From positions 1-64,000 of the forward strand of contig JASLZZ010000056.1 in NCBI GenBank assembly GCA_030754595.1: 64,000 nucleotides of DNA, read 5' to 3'. This DNA is from Nitrospinota bacterium. GTDB taxonomy: Bacteria; UBA8248. The translations under genes were made by a program, and so were the position numbers. Position 1 is the stretch's first letter. Every line of letters starts with the position of its first letter. The notes beneath the pieces are model-generated. The model saw only the letters and a program-made list of their open reading frames with translations. It had not been told where the DNA came from and did no database searches. Shown one piece after another: positions 38,080-47,118 of this stretch.

Positions 38080-38961
38080 TCAGGATCCCCGCCTCTTGTC
38101 CGCATTGACCAGGAAAATACCCGCGGCGACCAGAGCCGCGCCACCCAACATAAAAGCGGTCAACGGCTCCGCAAGAATCAACCCGCTCAGAAAAACACCG
38201 AAAACGGGAGTCAAGAACATGAACGCGCTAACCCGGCTGGGTGGGTAATCGGCGAGCAGTTTGACCCATAGCACCATGACGAATCCGGTACCCACCAAGC
38301 CGTTATAGGCGACGTTCATGCTTATAAGCGGATTGCCGAAGTCAGGAATTTGAATTCCCCGAAATGACGCAAGAACGAGGAACATCGGAACAGCGATGAG
38401 CTGGGTCCAGGCCGTAATTCGAAAGGGATCGATTCCCTGAAGATTGACCCTGAGGTAGAGAGACTGCACCCCCCAGAAAAAAGCGCCGATCAAAACGAGC
38501 CCGTCCCCGAGAACGCTGTAGTCTCCGCCGCCAGTCATTTTTTCGCTAAATAGAACGATAATTCCGCCAAAGGCGGCGGCGAAGCCCAATAGCGAGCGCA
38601 AGCCGAGCCGCTCGCCGGGGATGAAATAGGCGGCCAGTGCGGTATAGATAAGCGGCTGGGTGTAAACGAAAACAGATGTTCGCCCCGAGGTCGTCAATGC
38701 GGCGCCGGGATAGACAAAAACAAACAGAAGGTTGTGCAGGATCGTGTTCCACCAGAAAGCAGGACGGCCGCGGGGAGGCCGCCACGGAGTTCCTTTGTAG
38801 GCGATTAGGGCAAAGATCAACGAGGCGGAAATGATGCTTCTGATCCACAAGAAGTTAAATGGATCGATGAGCCCGAGACCCACCTTGATTGAGGGGAAAC
38901 TCAGACCCCATAGAAACGTAACCGCCCCGATAAGCACATAAAACATCAAAGCGAAAAACAC
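38080..38961 (-). CDS. EamA/DMT family transporter
   Basis: YTQP...PGER and FMFLTPVFGV...AEP repeats. Confidence 0.85.
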   Translation of the reverse strand: MFFALMFYVLIGAVTFLWGLSFPSIKVGLGLIDPFNFLWIRSIISASLIFALIAYKGTPWRPPRGRPAFWWNTILHNLLFVFVYPGAALTTSGRTSVFVYTQPLIYTALAAYFIPGERLGLRSLLGFAAAFGGIIVLFSEKMTGGGDYSVLGDGLVLIGAFFWGVQSLYLRVNLQGIDPFRITAWTQLIAVPMFLVLASFRGIQIPDFGNPLISMNVAYNGLVGTGFVMVLWVKLLADYPPSRVSAFMFLTPVFGVFLSGLILAEPLTAFMLGGAALVAAGIFLVNADKRRGS

Positions 38962-39005
38962 CCTTCCCGGAAACGCGGGAAACTCACCCCCGGATTTCTC
39001 AACGA

Positions 39006-39665
39006 TTATCGGTAAAAAAAATCCGGCAAAACCGCAGCATCGATCCCGGCCAGCCTTAATTTTTTCTTATCCGGGAGATTTCCCCCGACGCGCACTTTTT
39101 GCTCCAACTTGTTATGGCAATGATCGCATCGCGGCTGGGCCGTCCGGGGAACAACAAACCGCTTCGCGGATCTCCCCCCCGCAAGGTGGCCGTTGTGGCA
39201 CTGCACACACGAAAAAGGAAGCGTGGCATGATCGAGAATGGCGTGAAAATCCTCTTCCTCGAGTTTCAAAATTCTCTCGTCCGCATGACATTTCAGGCAA
39301 TCCTTATCCGCTATTGGGTGGAACACACGAGATGGGTGCTCGTAGTCGCCCAGGACAAATTTAACCGTATCCTTCGCCGCCAGAAAGGTGGTCCGCGCCA
39401 TTCCAACGATTCCTTCTTCGCCATGACAGGATATGCACTTCGCTTTTTCGCCCGTGAGGTGCCAACCGGCAAGGGAGCGGATTGATTTGGCGGGGCGGGC
39501 GCCGTCATCTAAATATTCCTGATGATCCTGCAAATGGCATGAAGTACAGAAAGGATCATAGGATTCGACGGCCCGGATACCATATAAGCCGCCAACCCCC
39601 AAAACGAGCAACAGGAGAGCGGCCAAAGGGAGCGCAACCTCCAGACGAAGCGGGAAATACCGCAT
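39006..39665 (-). CDS. Membrane-anchored pentaheme c-type cytochrome (NapC/NirT-like)
   Basis: N-terminal TM helix; five CXXCH motifs (CTSCH, CISCH, CLKCH, CVQCH, CDHCH); ATG 39665 with GGAG RBS. Confidence 0.8.
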   Translation of the reverse strand: MRYFPLRLEVALPLAALLLLVLGVGGLYGIRAVESYDPFCTSCHLQDHQEYLDDGARPAKSIRSLAGWHLTGEKAKCISCHGEEGIVGMARTTFLAAKDTVKFVLGDYEHPSRVFHPIADKDCLKCHADERILKLEEEDFHAILDHATLPFSCVQCHNGHLAGGRSAKRFVVPRTAQPRCDHCHNKLEQKVRVGGNLPDKKKLRLAGIDAAVLPDFFYR

Positions 39666-39806
39666 AAATTCTCCATCGGACGAGCAGTGTAATGCTATCA
39701 CCCGCCCGCTGAGGCGGGCAACGAACCGCTCCCGGACAGCTCGCCTTGCCTTCTTCCCCGTCTGCAGGCCATTTGATAGGATATTTAGCGAAAAGGAGAA
39801 GCTTAT

Positions 39807-40169
39807 ATGGCCCGCACCCGGTTCGGCCCGCGCCGGAGTCCTGGAATCAGGCCCCGGCCGAAAAAAACCAGCGAAAGCTCGAACGAGAGCGCCAAGGATG
39901 TCGCCAACCGACTGAAAAATGCGGCGCCCGTCGGGAAAAACGCGGCCGACTACCGCCGCAAATCACTCGATATCCACGGTTGGCTCTGCGCCAAGTGCGG
40001 AGTGGATTTCAACGAAAGTAACCTTCACCTTCTAACCGTTCATCATCGGGACGGGAACCACAAAAACAACCCACCCGACGGGAGCAACTGGGAGAATCTC
40101 TGCACCCATTGCCACGACGACGAACACTCGCGGGGCATGCTTGGCAATTATTTGAGTGGCAAGAGATAA
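39807..40169 (+). CDS. yajD: YajD-family HNH nuclease
   Basis: CAKC...LTVHHRDGNHKNNPPDGSNWENLCTHCHDDEH. Confidence 0.82.
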   Translation: MARTRFGPRRSPGIRPRPKKTSESSNESAKDVANRLKNAAPVGKNAADYRRKSLDIHGWLCAKCGVDFNESNLHLLTVHHRDGNHKNNPPDGSNWENLCTHCHDDEHSRGMLGNYLSGKR

Positions 40170-40197
40170 TTTTCCATAACCTATTGTTGGCATTCCT

Positions 40198-41469
40198 ATG
40201 ATACTCCGAATATTGCCATCCCCGGCCCAGGGCAAAATCAGCGTTCCGGCGTCGAAGTCTCACACAATTCGTGCGATTGCCTTTGGCTCCCTGGCATCGG
40301 GCGAGAGCATCATTCGAAACCCTCTCGATTCGGAAGACGCACATTCCGCCGCGGCCGTCTACGAGGCGTTGGGCGCCAATATAACGAAACAAGAGGGGGA
40401 ATGGAGGGTGGAGGGCTTCGGAGGCCTCCCCTCGCCTCCAAGCAGACAAATCGATGTCGGGAATTCGGGCACGACCTGCCGCATGGGGCTGGGAACAGCC
40501 GCGCTTTTGCCCGAGGGAGAAGCGCGATTCGATGGCGATCCACAAACCCGCCGCCGCCCGATGGGCCCTTTGCTCGACGCTCTTTCCGACCTGGGGGCGA
40601 GGGCTGTTTCGGAAAACGACGACGGGAGACTTCCCGCCAAGGTCTCTGGGCCCTGGCTGGGCGGAGAGACGCAGGTAGACGGCACTACGAGTCAATATAC
40701 CTCCAGCCTCATCTTGAACGCCCCGTTCGGCGGAGGAGACTCAATCATCGATCCTGTCGATCTCAACGAGCGCCCTTATGTGGACATGACCCTCTGGTGG
40801 CTCGGGAAGCTGGGGCTCTCATTTGAACGGGAAGGCTATGAGCATTTTTGCGTGCCGGGCAATCAGGCGCTTTCCTCTTTCGATATGGAAGTTCCCGCCG
40901 ACTTCAGTTCGGCCGCATTCATGGTTGCCGCCGCCGCACTTCCCAGCGGAGATGTTCTTCTCGAGGGCCTCGATATGGACGACCCGCAGGGAGACAAAGC
41001 CATCCTCGGCATGGTGGCCGGGATGGGTGCCGAAGTGCGTGAGGAGAACGGCTCGATTCGTATCCGGGGGGTTTCGCTCGAGGGCGGTGAATTTGACCTA
41101 AATTCCACACCCGACCTGTTGCCGGTTATGGCCGTCCTGGGCGCCTTTGCCGATGGAGAAACCCGGCTCGTCAATGTTCCTCAGGCGCGAATAAAAGAAA
41201 CCGACCGAATCACCGCCATGCGAGAAGTCATAGAATCACTGGGCGGCTCGGCCACCGAACTGCCGGACGCTCTCATTGTCCGGGGAGGAGGCCTCAAGGG
41301 CGGCAAGGCCCATGGTTTCGGCGACCACCGGGTGGTCATGGCCGCCGCCGTTGCCGGGCTCGCCGCTCCCCTGGGGGTGGAGGTCGACACGGCCGAGGCA
41401 ATGGCGATAACCTTTCCTGACTTTTGCGAGCGCATGCGCCGGCTTGGCGCGCGGATGGAGAAAGAATAA
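40198..41469 (+). CDS. aroA: 3-phosphoshikimate 1-carboxyvinyltransferase (EPSP synthase)
   Basis: SKSHTIR, GNSGTT.R, RPM, SQY, KETDRI and GDHRV motifs. Confidence 0.95.
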   Translation: MILRILPSPAQGKISVPASKSHTIRAIAFGSLASGESIIRNPLDSEDAHSAAAVYEALGANITKQEGEWRVEGFGGLPSPPSRQIDVGNSGTTCRMGLGTAALLPEGEARFDGDPQTRRRPMGPLLDALSDLGARAVSENDDGRLPAKVSGPWLGGETQVDGTTSQYTSSLILNAPFGGGDSIIDPVDLNERPYVDMTLWWLGKLGLSFEREGYEHFCVPGNQALSSFDMEVPADFSSAAFMVAAAALPSGDVLLEGLDMDDPQGDKAILGMVAGMGAEVREENGSIRIRGVSLEGGEFDLNSTPDLLPVMAVLGAFADGETRLVNVPQARIKETDRITAMREVIESLGGSATELPDALIVRGGGLKGGKAHGFGDHRVVMAAAVAGLAAPLGVEVDTAEAMAITFPDFCERMRRLGARMEKE

Positions 41470-41802
41470 ATGCCGATTTTCGAATACGAATGCAAAGATT
41501 GCGGTTTTATTTCGGGCCATCTGGTGATGAAACCCTCGGACCGCCGGAAACTTGCCTGCCGGGACTGCGGCGGAAAAAAAATTCGCAAGATCATGTCACG
41601 GTTCGCTTCGCACAAATCCGAGGGCCAGCGCCTTGACGAATTCAAGCCCTCCGACGCCCGGGGCGACACCTTCTACAAGGACGACCGCAATATCGGGCTT
41701 TGGGCCCAAAAACGCGCTCAGCAAATGGGCCTCGACCTGGGGGACTCCTTCAAGGAAACCCTCGAGAAGGGACGGTCCAGAAAAATCCTGGACAATCTTT
41801 AG
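41470..41802 (+). CDS. FmdB-family zinc-ribbon protein
   Basis: MPIFEYECKDCG...CRDCG...KIMS. Confidence 0.85.
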   Translation: MPIFEYECKDCGFISGHLVMKPSDRRKLACRDCGGKKIRKIMSRFASHKSEGQRLDEFKPSDARGDTFYKDDRNIGLWAQKRAQQMGLDLGDSFKETLEKGRSRKILDNL

Positions 41803-41882
41803 GCCGGAATGGACCTGAAATTCAACATATCGCCGCCGCATAATTCTTTCCCGGCCACCAAGTTCTCTGGCTGGACCGCGCG

Positions 41883-42434
41883 ATGACGGCTAAGACAAAT
41901 CCCGTTCGAGAGGATATTCCGCGTTGTGCCTGGACCGGAACGGACCCGTTGCTGGTGAAATATCATGATGAGGAATGGGGAGTCCCCGTAAGCACCGATG
42001 CCGCCCATTTCGAGCGACTTTCGCTCGAAGCGTTTCAGGCCGGCCTCTCCTGGCGAACCATCCTATATAAGCGGACAGCCTTCCGGAGGGCATTCGCCCG
42101 GTTCTCACCGCGCAAAGTGGCCGCCTTTACCGAAAAGGATATCCGCCGCCTGCTGAGTGATGCGGGAATCGTCCGCCACCGGGGAAAGATAGAGGCGACC
42201 ATTGAAAACGCCCGGCGCTTTCTTGTCCTCTCGAAAGAGAACGGCGGTTTTTCCCGTTATATCGATTCACTCCCCGCCAATCTTGAGGAACTTCGCCGTT
42301 TGTTCCGGACCGAATTCAGGTTCATGGGGCCGAAAATCGCGGAAAGCTACTTTGAGAGCGTGGGCAAGATTCCCCCGAAACACGACCGGCGGTGCTGGAT
42401 GGCCGGAAGCACCCCCCGGAGAAAGAGGACTTGA
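41883..42434 (+). CDS. tag: DNA-3-methyladenine glycosylase I
   Basis: RCAW, YHDEEWG, LEAFQAGLSW.TIL.KR, GIVRH.GKI and FRFMGP motifs. Confidence 0.92.
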   Translation: MTAKTNPVREDIPRCAWTGTDPLLVKYHDEEWGVPVSTDAAHFERLSLEAFQAGLSWRTILYKRTAFRRAFARFSPRKVAAFTEKDIRRLLSDAGIVRHRGKIEATIENARRFLVLSKENGGFSRYIDSLPANLEELRRLFRTEFRFMGPKIAESYFESVGKIPPKHDRRCWMAGSTPRRKRT

Positions 42435-42550
42435 GCGTATGGCCCCCAAGCGATATCTTGTGGGCGTTGAAGCGTGAATATTCTCCTGCCCGGGCCAGGG
42501 AGGTCGAGGCTCCCGGGGAGATCCAGACTCAATGAGCGTGAGAACAAGCC

Positions 42551-42826
42551 GTGTTCATATTTAGGGAATTTCAAGCATTTATGGGAGCCACGCTCCCTCT
42601 CATGGTCAAGGTGGGCATCATCTACCTGATCCTGAGGTTTACTTTCGCCGTTTCGAATGTCGTCGTTCGCCTTTCCACGCTCCACGCTCCGAAAAGGGCG
42701 CCTGCCGAGGACCAGCCGGAGAGTTCCACTACCCCGGCGGCCCAAATCCCCGAAACGGTTGAAGGCGAAGACGGAGCGGAAGAAGGCGAACCGGCCGCGC
42801 TCCCCGAATCAACAACCGAAGACTAG
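42551..42826 (+). CDS. Small hypothetical membrane protein with acidic tail
   Basis: One hydrophobic segment followed by an E/P-rich tail; fills the gap between tag and cvpA. Confidence 0.45.
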   Translation: MFIFREFQAFMGATLPLMVKVGIIYLILRFTFAVSNVVVRLSTLHAPKRAPAEDQPESSTTPAAQIPETVEGEDGAEEGEPAALPESTTED

Positions 42827-42907
42827 CCACCCCGCCCGCCTGTTTCGGTTTTTCTGGTCATTATCAAGACACTGCCGATTGAGCCAAGAGCGCATCGATA
42901 GCGCCTT

Positions 42908-43473
42908 TTAGTCCTTGACGCTTTCGGGGGCTGAGGAACCGCTCGATGAGATGACCGCTCTCTTGATCATATCGACCTGCGCGCTCAGATCCAGGACCGA
43001 AATCCGCTGGACGAGCCATCCGGCATGACGAACGAATGGCATCACACGCTCGGACTCGCGCTCCTGTGGAATAAACGAGGGTGCGAGTCCCAGGAGTACG
43101 GCGTAAACCGTCGCGATGACAAAAAATCCCTTCCCCAAACCGATAAAGCCGCCGCCGACGCGATTGGCGTACCCTTTCGGCTTTTTTTCCATTAACCGCA
43201 GGAGAACTTTCCCCGACAGACTCACTCCCAGCCATACGATCACGAAAACTCCCGTGAAAGCCACGCTTCTGGGAATTGAAGAGCCACCCACCCAAGGTCG
43301 CAGGGCGACCCCCAGGGCGGGGCCGAATTGAAAGAGGCCACATACCCCGCCAGAATCGAAGAAAGGGAGACAACTTCCTTCAAGGCGCCCTGGAAAAAGC
43401 TCCTGAGAAAAAATGCAGTCAGGACAACTAAAACCACGCTATCGGCTAAGGAGATATTAATCATGGGTTCCAT
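42908..43473 (-). pseudogene. cvpA: CvpA (colicin V production) family protein with a -1 frameshift
   Basis: N-terminus D.VV....FF.RSFFQG.LKEVVSL..ILAG and C-terminus NRVGGGFIGLGKG are in different frames. One extra T at GCC TCT TTC AA (about 43331) would join them. Confidence 0.78.
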
Positions 43474-43533
43474 GGAGGAGTAGGCGCGTCATTTCGAATG
43501 GAAAGGCCAGCGCCCGGAGGTGTACTCCGAGAA

Positions 43534-44136
43534 TCAGACGCCCCCTCCGTCAGGGGAAAATTCCATCAACATCACCAGGGCGTCCTCCCCGTTGTCGGGG
43601 TAATAGCCCTTCCGCATCGCCACCGGGGAGAAGCCGAACCCCTCGTAAAGGGAAACCGCCGCCCCATTGCTGTTCCGGGCCTCCAGCGTCGCCCGCACGG
43701 CGTCGCGGCGGCGGGCGTCCTTGAGAATCTCCCTCATCAGGAACTTACCGACCCCCCGCCGGCGCGCCTCGGGCGATACCGTGACGTTCGTGATATGACA
43801 CTCGTCCTTCACCTCCCACCAACAGGCGTAGCCGACGATGGCGAGGCCACCCGCGGCGGGGCCACCCGTGGCGGAGCCGCCAACGGCGGGACCGGCCCGG
43901 CCGTTCCGCCCCTCCACCTCCTCGGCGACCAAAGGCCGGGAAAAGGGAATCTTCTCTATCTCGCGGACGAAGGCATCCTCCGTCCAGGGAAGGGAGAAAG
44001 AGCGCACCTCGATCTTCATCACCTCGGGGATGTCGCCCACCCGCATCGGGCGCAGGCGCAGGCGCATCGGGCCGCCCCCTCCATAGGCGAAAATCTCGAT
44101 CTTCCCCCGGTCAGGCCCGACAGCCCCTTCGCTCAC
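43534..44136 (-). CDS. rimI: Ribosomal protein S18 alanine N-acetyltransferase
   Basis: IE..SF..PW, HITNVTV.P..RRRGVG, LEARNSN..A..LY..FGF and RKGYYPDNGEDA motifs; GTG start 44136 assumed. Confidence 0.9.
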   Translation of the reverse strand: MSEGAVGPDRGKIEIFAYGGGGPMRLRLRPMRVGDIPEVMKIEVRSFSLPWTEDAFVREIEKIPFSRPLVAEEVEGRNGRAGPAVGGSATGGPAAGGLAIVGYACWWEVKDECHITNVTVSPEARRRGVGKFLMREILKDARRRDAVRATLEARNSNGAAVSLYEGFGFSPVAMRKGYYPDNGEDALVMLMEFSPDGGGV

Positions 44137-44386
44137 AGCCTCTCTCCCGCGACAGGAATTTCGCGCAACCCGTCCGGATTTTCGCGCAACCCGCCCCAAA
44201 CTTCACCCGCCCGGCCGGGAATTTCGCGCCAGGCGCCAAAAACCTCATACCTCGGACCGAACCATAAACCGGACCGAACCCTGGAAACACCCTCCGCCGG
44301 GGGAGTCCGCCTCCGGCGGAGGGCTTCCAGCCGGGGCTTCCGCCCGGGGCCGCGTACCCCGTCTTTCGCTCAGCCCCCAGGGTGAC

Positions 44387-44392
44387 TATAAT
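44387..44392 (+). promoter_or_regulatory. Putative -10 box in front of a long leader
   Basis: Perfect TATAAT in a GC-rich context; only a weak -35 (TTCGCT, 44365-44370). Confidence 0.35.
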
Positions 44393-44435
44393 CCCAATCA
44401 TTCAGATTCACCATTCGGGTTTTAAGCACAAACCA

Positions 44436-44659
44436 GGGCCGGACACCCTTGGGGTGAAAGCCCCCCCGGCTGGGATACCCCGGGCTGGAAAGCCTTGAAC
44501 TGGAAGCGCCGGACCTTACGCCACTAACGGAAACAAAGGCCGAGGCAAAAGCCCCCGTGCCGGAAGCACCGGGCAGAAAGCCTCGGGGTTTAACCCCCTC
44601 GGGCCGGACACCCTTGGGGTGAAAGGCCCCACCCGGGCCGAACACCCTTGGGGTGAAAA
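44436..44659 (+). repeat. Three copies of a 25 bp hairpin-forming motif GGGCCGrACACCCTTGGGGTGAAAr
   Basis: Copies at 44436-44460, 44601-44625 and 44635-44659; inner stem CACCC-TTG-GGGTG. Confidence 0.9.
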
Positions 44660-44709
44660 CCACCCCACGGGCCGGAAGCCCCTTTCCTTAATACTTCGGA
44701 GGACGAAAA

Positions 44710-45417
44710 ATGGGAGCCACCCTCACCCTTCTGGGCCACTCGAGCTTTCTCGTTAAAACCGGCGGCGGGAAGACCATCTACATCGACCCCTGGCTCGGCT
44801 GCCCGACCTGCCCCGAGAGCCTCCAAACCCCCGAAAAGGCCGACCTCATCTGCGTCACCCACGGCCACTTCGACCACACCGCCAGCGTCGTCGATATCTA
44901 CAAACTAAACCCCTGCCCGGTGGCGGGCCCCTACGAACTCGTCCACCTCCTCGCCGCCGACGGCGATATGCCCGACGAACACAAGGGCCTCATGGGCAAG
45001 GGCGGCACCGTCGCCTTCGGAGACGTCTCCGTCACCCTCACCCACGCCATGCACAGCTCGAGCTACGGCGAGCCCGGCATCTACGCCGGCGAGCCCGCCG
45101 GGATGATCCTCACCCTCGAGGACGGAAAGCGCGTCTACCACGCCGGCGACACCGCCGTATTCGGCGACATGGCCCTCATCGCCGAGCTCTACGCGCCCGA
45201 CCTGTGCCTGCTGCCCATCGGCAGCCGCTTCACCATGGACCCGGCCGAGGCCGCCAAGGCCTGCGAGATCCTCGGGGCAGGGCGCGCCGTCCCGATCCAC
45301 CATTCCACCTTCCCGCCCCTGACGGGAACCCCGGCCCAGTTCTCAGAAGAGGTGAAAAAACGCGGCCTCGCGACGGAGGTCACCGTCCTCGCCCCCGGCG
45401 AGTCCGTCGAGGTGTAG
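44710..45417 (+). CDS. UPF0173 (YtkL-like) metal-dependent hydrolase, MBL fold
   Basis: LGHS, IDPW, THGHFDH, HAMHSS, YHAGDT, LLPIG.RFTM and PIH motifs. Confidence 0.9.
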   Translation: MGATLTLLGHSSFLVKTGGGKTIYIDPWLGCPTCPESLQTPEKADLICVTHGHFDHTASVVDIYKLNPCPVAGPYELVHLLAADGDMPDEHKGLMGKGGTVAFGDVSVTLTHAMHSSSYGEPGIYAGEPAGMILTLEDGKRVYHAGDTAVFGDMALIAELYAPDLCLLPIGSRFTMDPAEAAKACEILGAGRAVPIHHSTFPPLTGTPAQFSEEVKKRGLATEVTVLAPGESVEV

Positions 45418-45420
45418 GGC

Positions 45421-45470
45421 CCGGAGGGGCCTACGTACCCGAAGGGGCCTACGGTCCGAAGGGACCTACG
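45421..45470. repeat. Three 15 bp near-identical direct repeats (CCGrAGGGrCCTACG)
   Basis: Copies at 45421-45435, 45439-45453 and 45456-45470, immediately after the stop codon. Confidence 0.8.
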
Positions 45471-45521
45471 GGCTGCGGGGGCCGGTGGCCCCCTTTTAAA
45501 ATCCCCCCAGGCTGGAAGCGG

Positions 45522-46033
45522 CTTCGCCTTGCCATCGGCAAGGGCTACCAAGAGGGAGCAAGCTAGTCTATGCTCATGCGACTGAAGAGCGAGGGTCTCG
45601 GCAACGAGTGTGGGCTCAAGGCGCTGGACGGCGCACTTCGGCCCTCCACCGACGCTTTACTGAGGAAGATGGACAGGTGGCAGATGAATCGACATTGACT
45701 CCTCCGAGGACCCGGCCCACGGCGGCCAGGGTCTCCTATCATGCCAAGAAGTGGCACGTTCACGTGGCCTCGGCCTTCCCGCTAGCCCATTACTACCGGG
45801 CTGTGCTCGGCTACGGGTGACGCGGGGCTGCAAGCGGTGTTGGTCCCGGAGGAGAAAGGAGCATTGCGCCCCAAAATGGAGAAAACCCTTTACTCACGGT
45901 GGATTTAGATGGAAGGGGCGTCCAAGAGGGTATCTTTTTGCGGACTTTATGGACTTCTTGGCGGGAGACACCACCCGAGGAAGGACAAATTGGCCGGATT
46001 TTGCTAGATTAAGGGTGTTGCGCATAATTCCGG
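45522..46033 (+). mobile_element. Internally deleted IS1380-family relic
   Basis: LRLAIGKG..GAS*SMLMRL, IDIDSSEDPAHG (45688-45723) fused to AARVSYHAKKWHVHVASAFPLAHYYRAVL* (stop 45820); candidate end ...GCATAATTCCGG at 46033. Confidence 0.7.
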
Positions 46034-46100
46034 ACTAAACACTAGAATGGCTTCAGCCAAGGGACGAAATGGGAAATCCGGGTTTAGAGGAGGTATTCGA

Positions 46101-46454
46101 ATGAAGTATGACAAAGAGAAAATTCAGGTGGGTTTGTGGAGTGCTATTGGTGGTGCAATCGTATTGGCCATCATCGGATTCAATTGGGGTGGATGGGTCC
46201 TGGGGAGTACTTCCCAGAAAATGGGTGAGGAAATGGCCGAAGAAGCTGTCGTCAGCCGCTTGGCACCCATTTGTGTCGAGCAGTTTCGCCAGGATTCAGA
46301 GAAAGTTTATAAGCTCAAGGAAATGAAGGCAAAAGATGACTGGAAGAGAGGCGACTACGTGGAAGAACAGGGTTGGGCGACCATGCCCGGCGAAAAGAAA
46401 CCCAACAGCGAGGTTGCGGGAAAGTGCGCGGAAAAGCTCATGAAACTCACGTAG
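46101..46454 (+). CDS. Hypothetical membrane-anchored protein
   Basis: AGGAGG RBS; TM segment followed by GFNWGGW, APICVEQF, GWATMPG and a second Cys. Confidence 0.75.
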   Translation: MKYDKEKIQVGLWSAIGGAIVLAIIGFNWGGWVLGSTSQKMGEEMAEEAVVSRLAPICVEQFRQDSEKVYKLKEMKAKDDWKRGDYVEEQGWATMPGEKKPNSEVAGKCAEKLMKLT

Positions 46455-46795
46455 CGCCCTTTGCTGGCCGGGGTTTTGACTGGAGGAAGCACCTCGGATT
46501 GCGTCATCGGCGGGGGTAGGGGGCAGAGCCCCCCTTCCGCGCGGGCGGCGGGAACGGCTCCCGAGCGCGAAGAGATTTTTGCGATTAATAGATTTTGTTG
46601 AAAACGGCAGAGGAAAATTTCGACAGTTTTTGTTTTTGCATTGCGTTTCACCTGTGATGAACGAATGGATTGACATAAACAGGTCTTATTTTTTTGATTT
46701 AGTGGCTAGGGGTGAAAATGTTCAGCCTTGCGTAAAAAAATGTTCTTTGTGGACCACGAGAAATGGCCCCACTAACTTAAAATTAGAGTAAATGG

Positions 46796-47074
46796 TTAGT
46801 TGGATACCAACTCCCGATATTCCAACTTCTTCGCCCCAATGAGCTTCGCCAGCGTGTCACGGAATAGGTATAGGTTCTTTCGGTTATTATGCTGCCACTC
46901 GATTTCGCCCAAATAGACGTCCAGATACTTCGCGCTGATCTTATGAAAAGTCCCGGCAATGGATCGACTCAGGAGGCTCTAGACAGATTCAAACGAGTTG
47001 GTGTGGATGTCGCCGTCTCGGATTCATTCTTTCTCACTATGGTTGACCGTTTCGTGCCTTGTATTTTTGTCACC
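46796..47074 (-). pseudogene. IS1595-family transposase C-terminal relic
   Basis: One frame reads HETVNHSEKE*IRDGDIHTNSFESV*SLLSRSIAGTFHKISAKYLDVYLGEIEWQHNNRKNLYLFRDTL...*; stops at 47024-47026 and 46979-46981. Confidence 0.85.
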
Positions 47075-47118
47075 GGCCTCGGAGGCGGCTTCGCCCACCG
47101 CCCGCGAGAGGCCCCCAG

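Noticed and set aside
39807..40169. HNH nuclease as a defence or homing element
   Set aside because: It matches the widespread stand-alone YajD pattern and sits in a housekeeping run with aroA.
44536..44600. c-di-GMP-I riboswitch (GGCAAAA...AAAGCCTCGG resemblance)
   Set aside because: No GNRA-capped P2 or tetraloop-receptor stem; the segment folds as one self-contained hairpin.
44436..44659. CRISPR array from the three 25 bp palindromic repeats
   Set aside because: The gaps are 140 and 9 bp rather than uniform spacers, and there are no cas genes in the window.
46505..46570. GGGGGTAGGGGGCAGAGCCCCC hairpin as the end of another IS
   Set aside because: It resembles IS-associated hairpins, but no matching transposase fragment could be read; too weak to call.
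46979..47026. Stop-codon reassignment (TGA read as Trp)
   Set aside because: One lesion is TGA and the other TAG, both in a truncated transposase, and many intact genes here end in TGA; this is decay.
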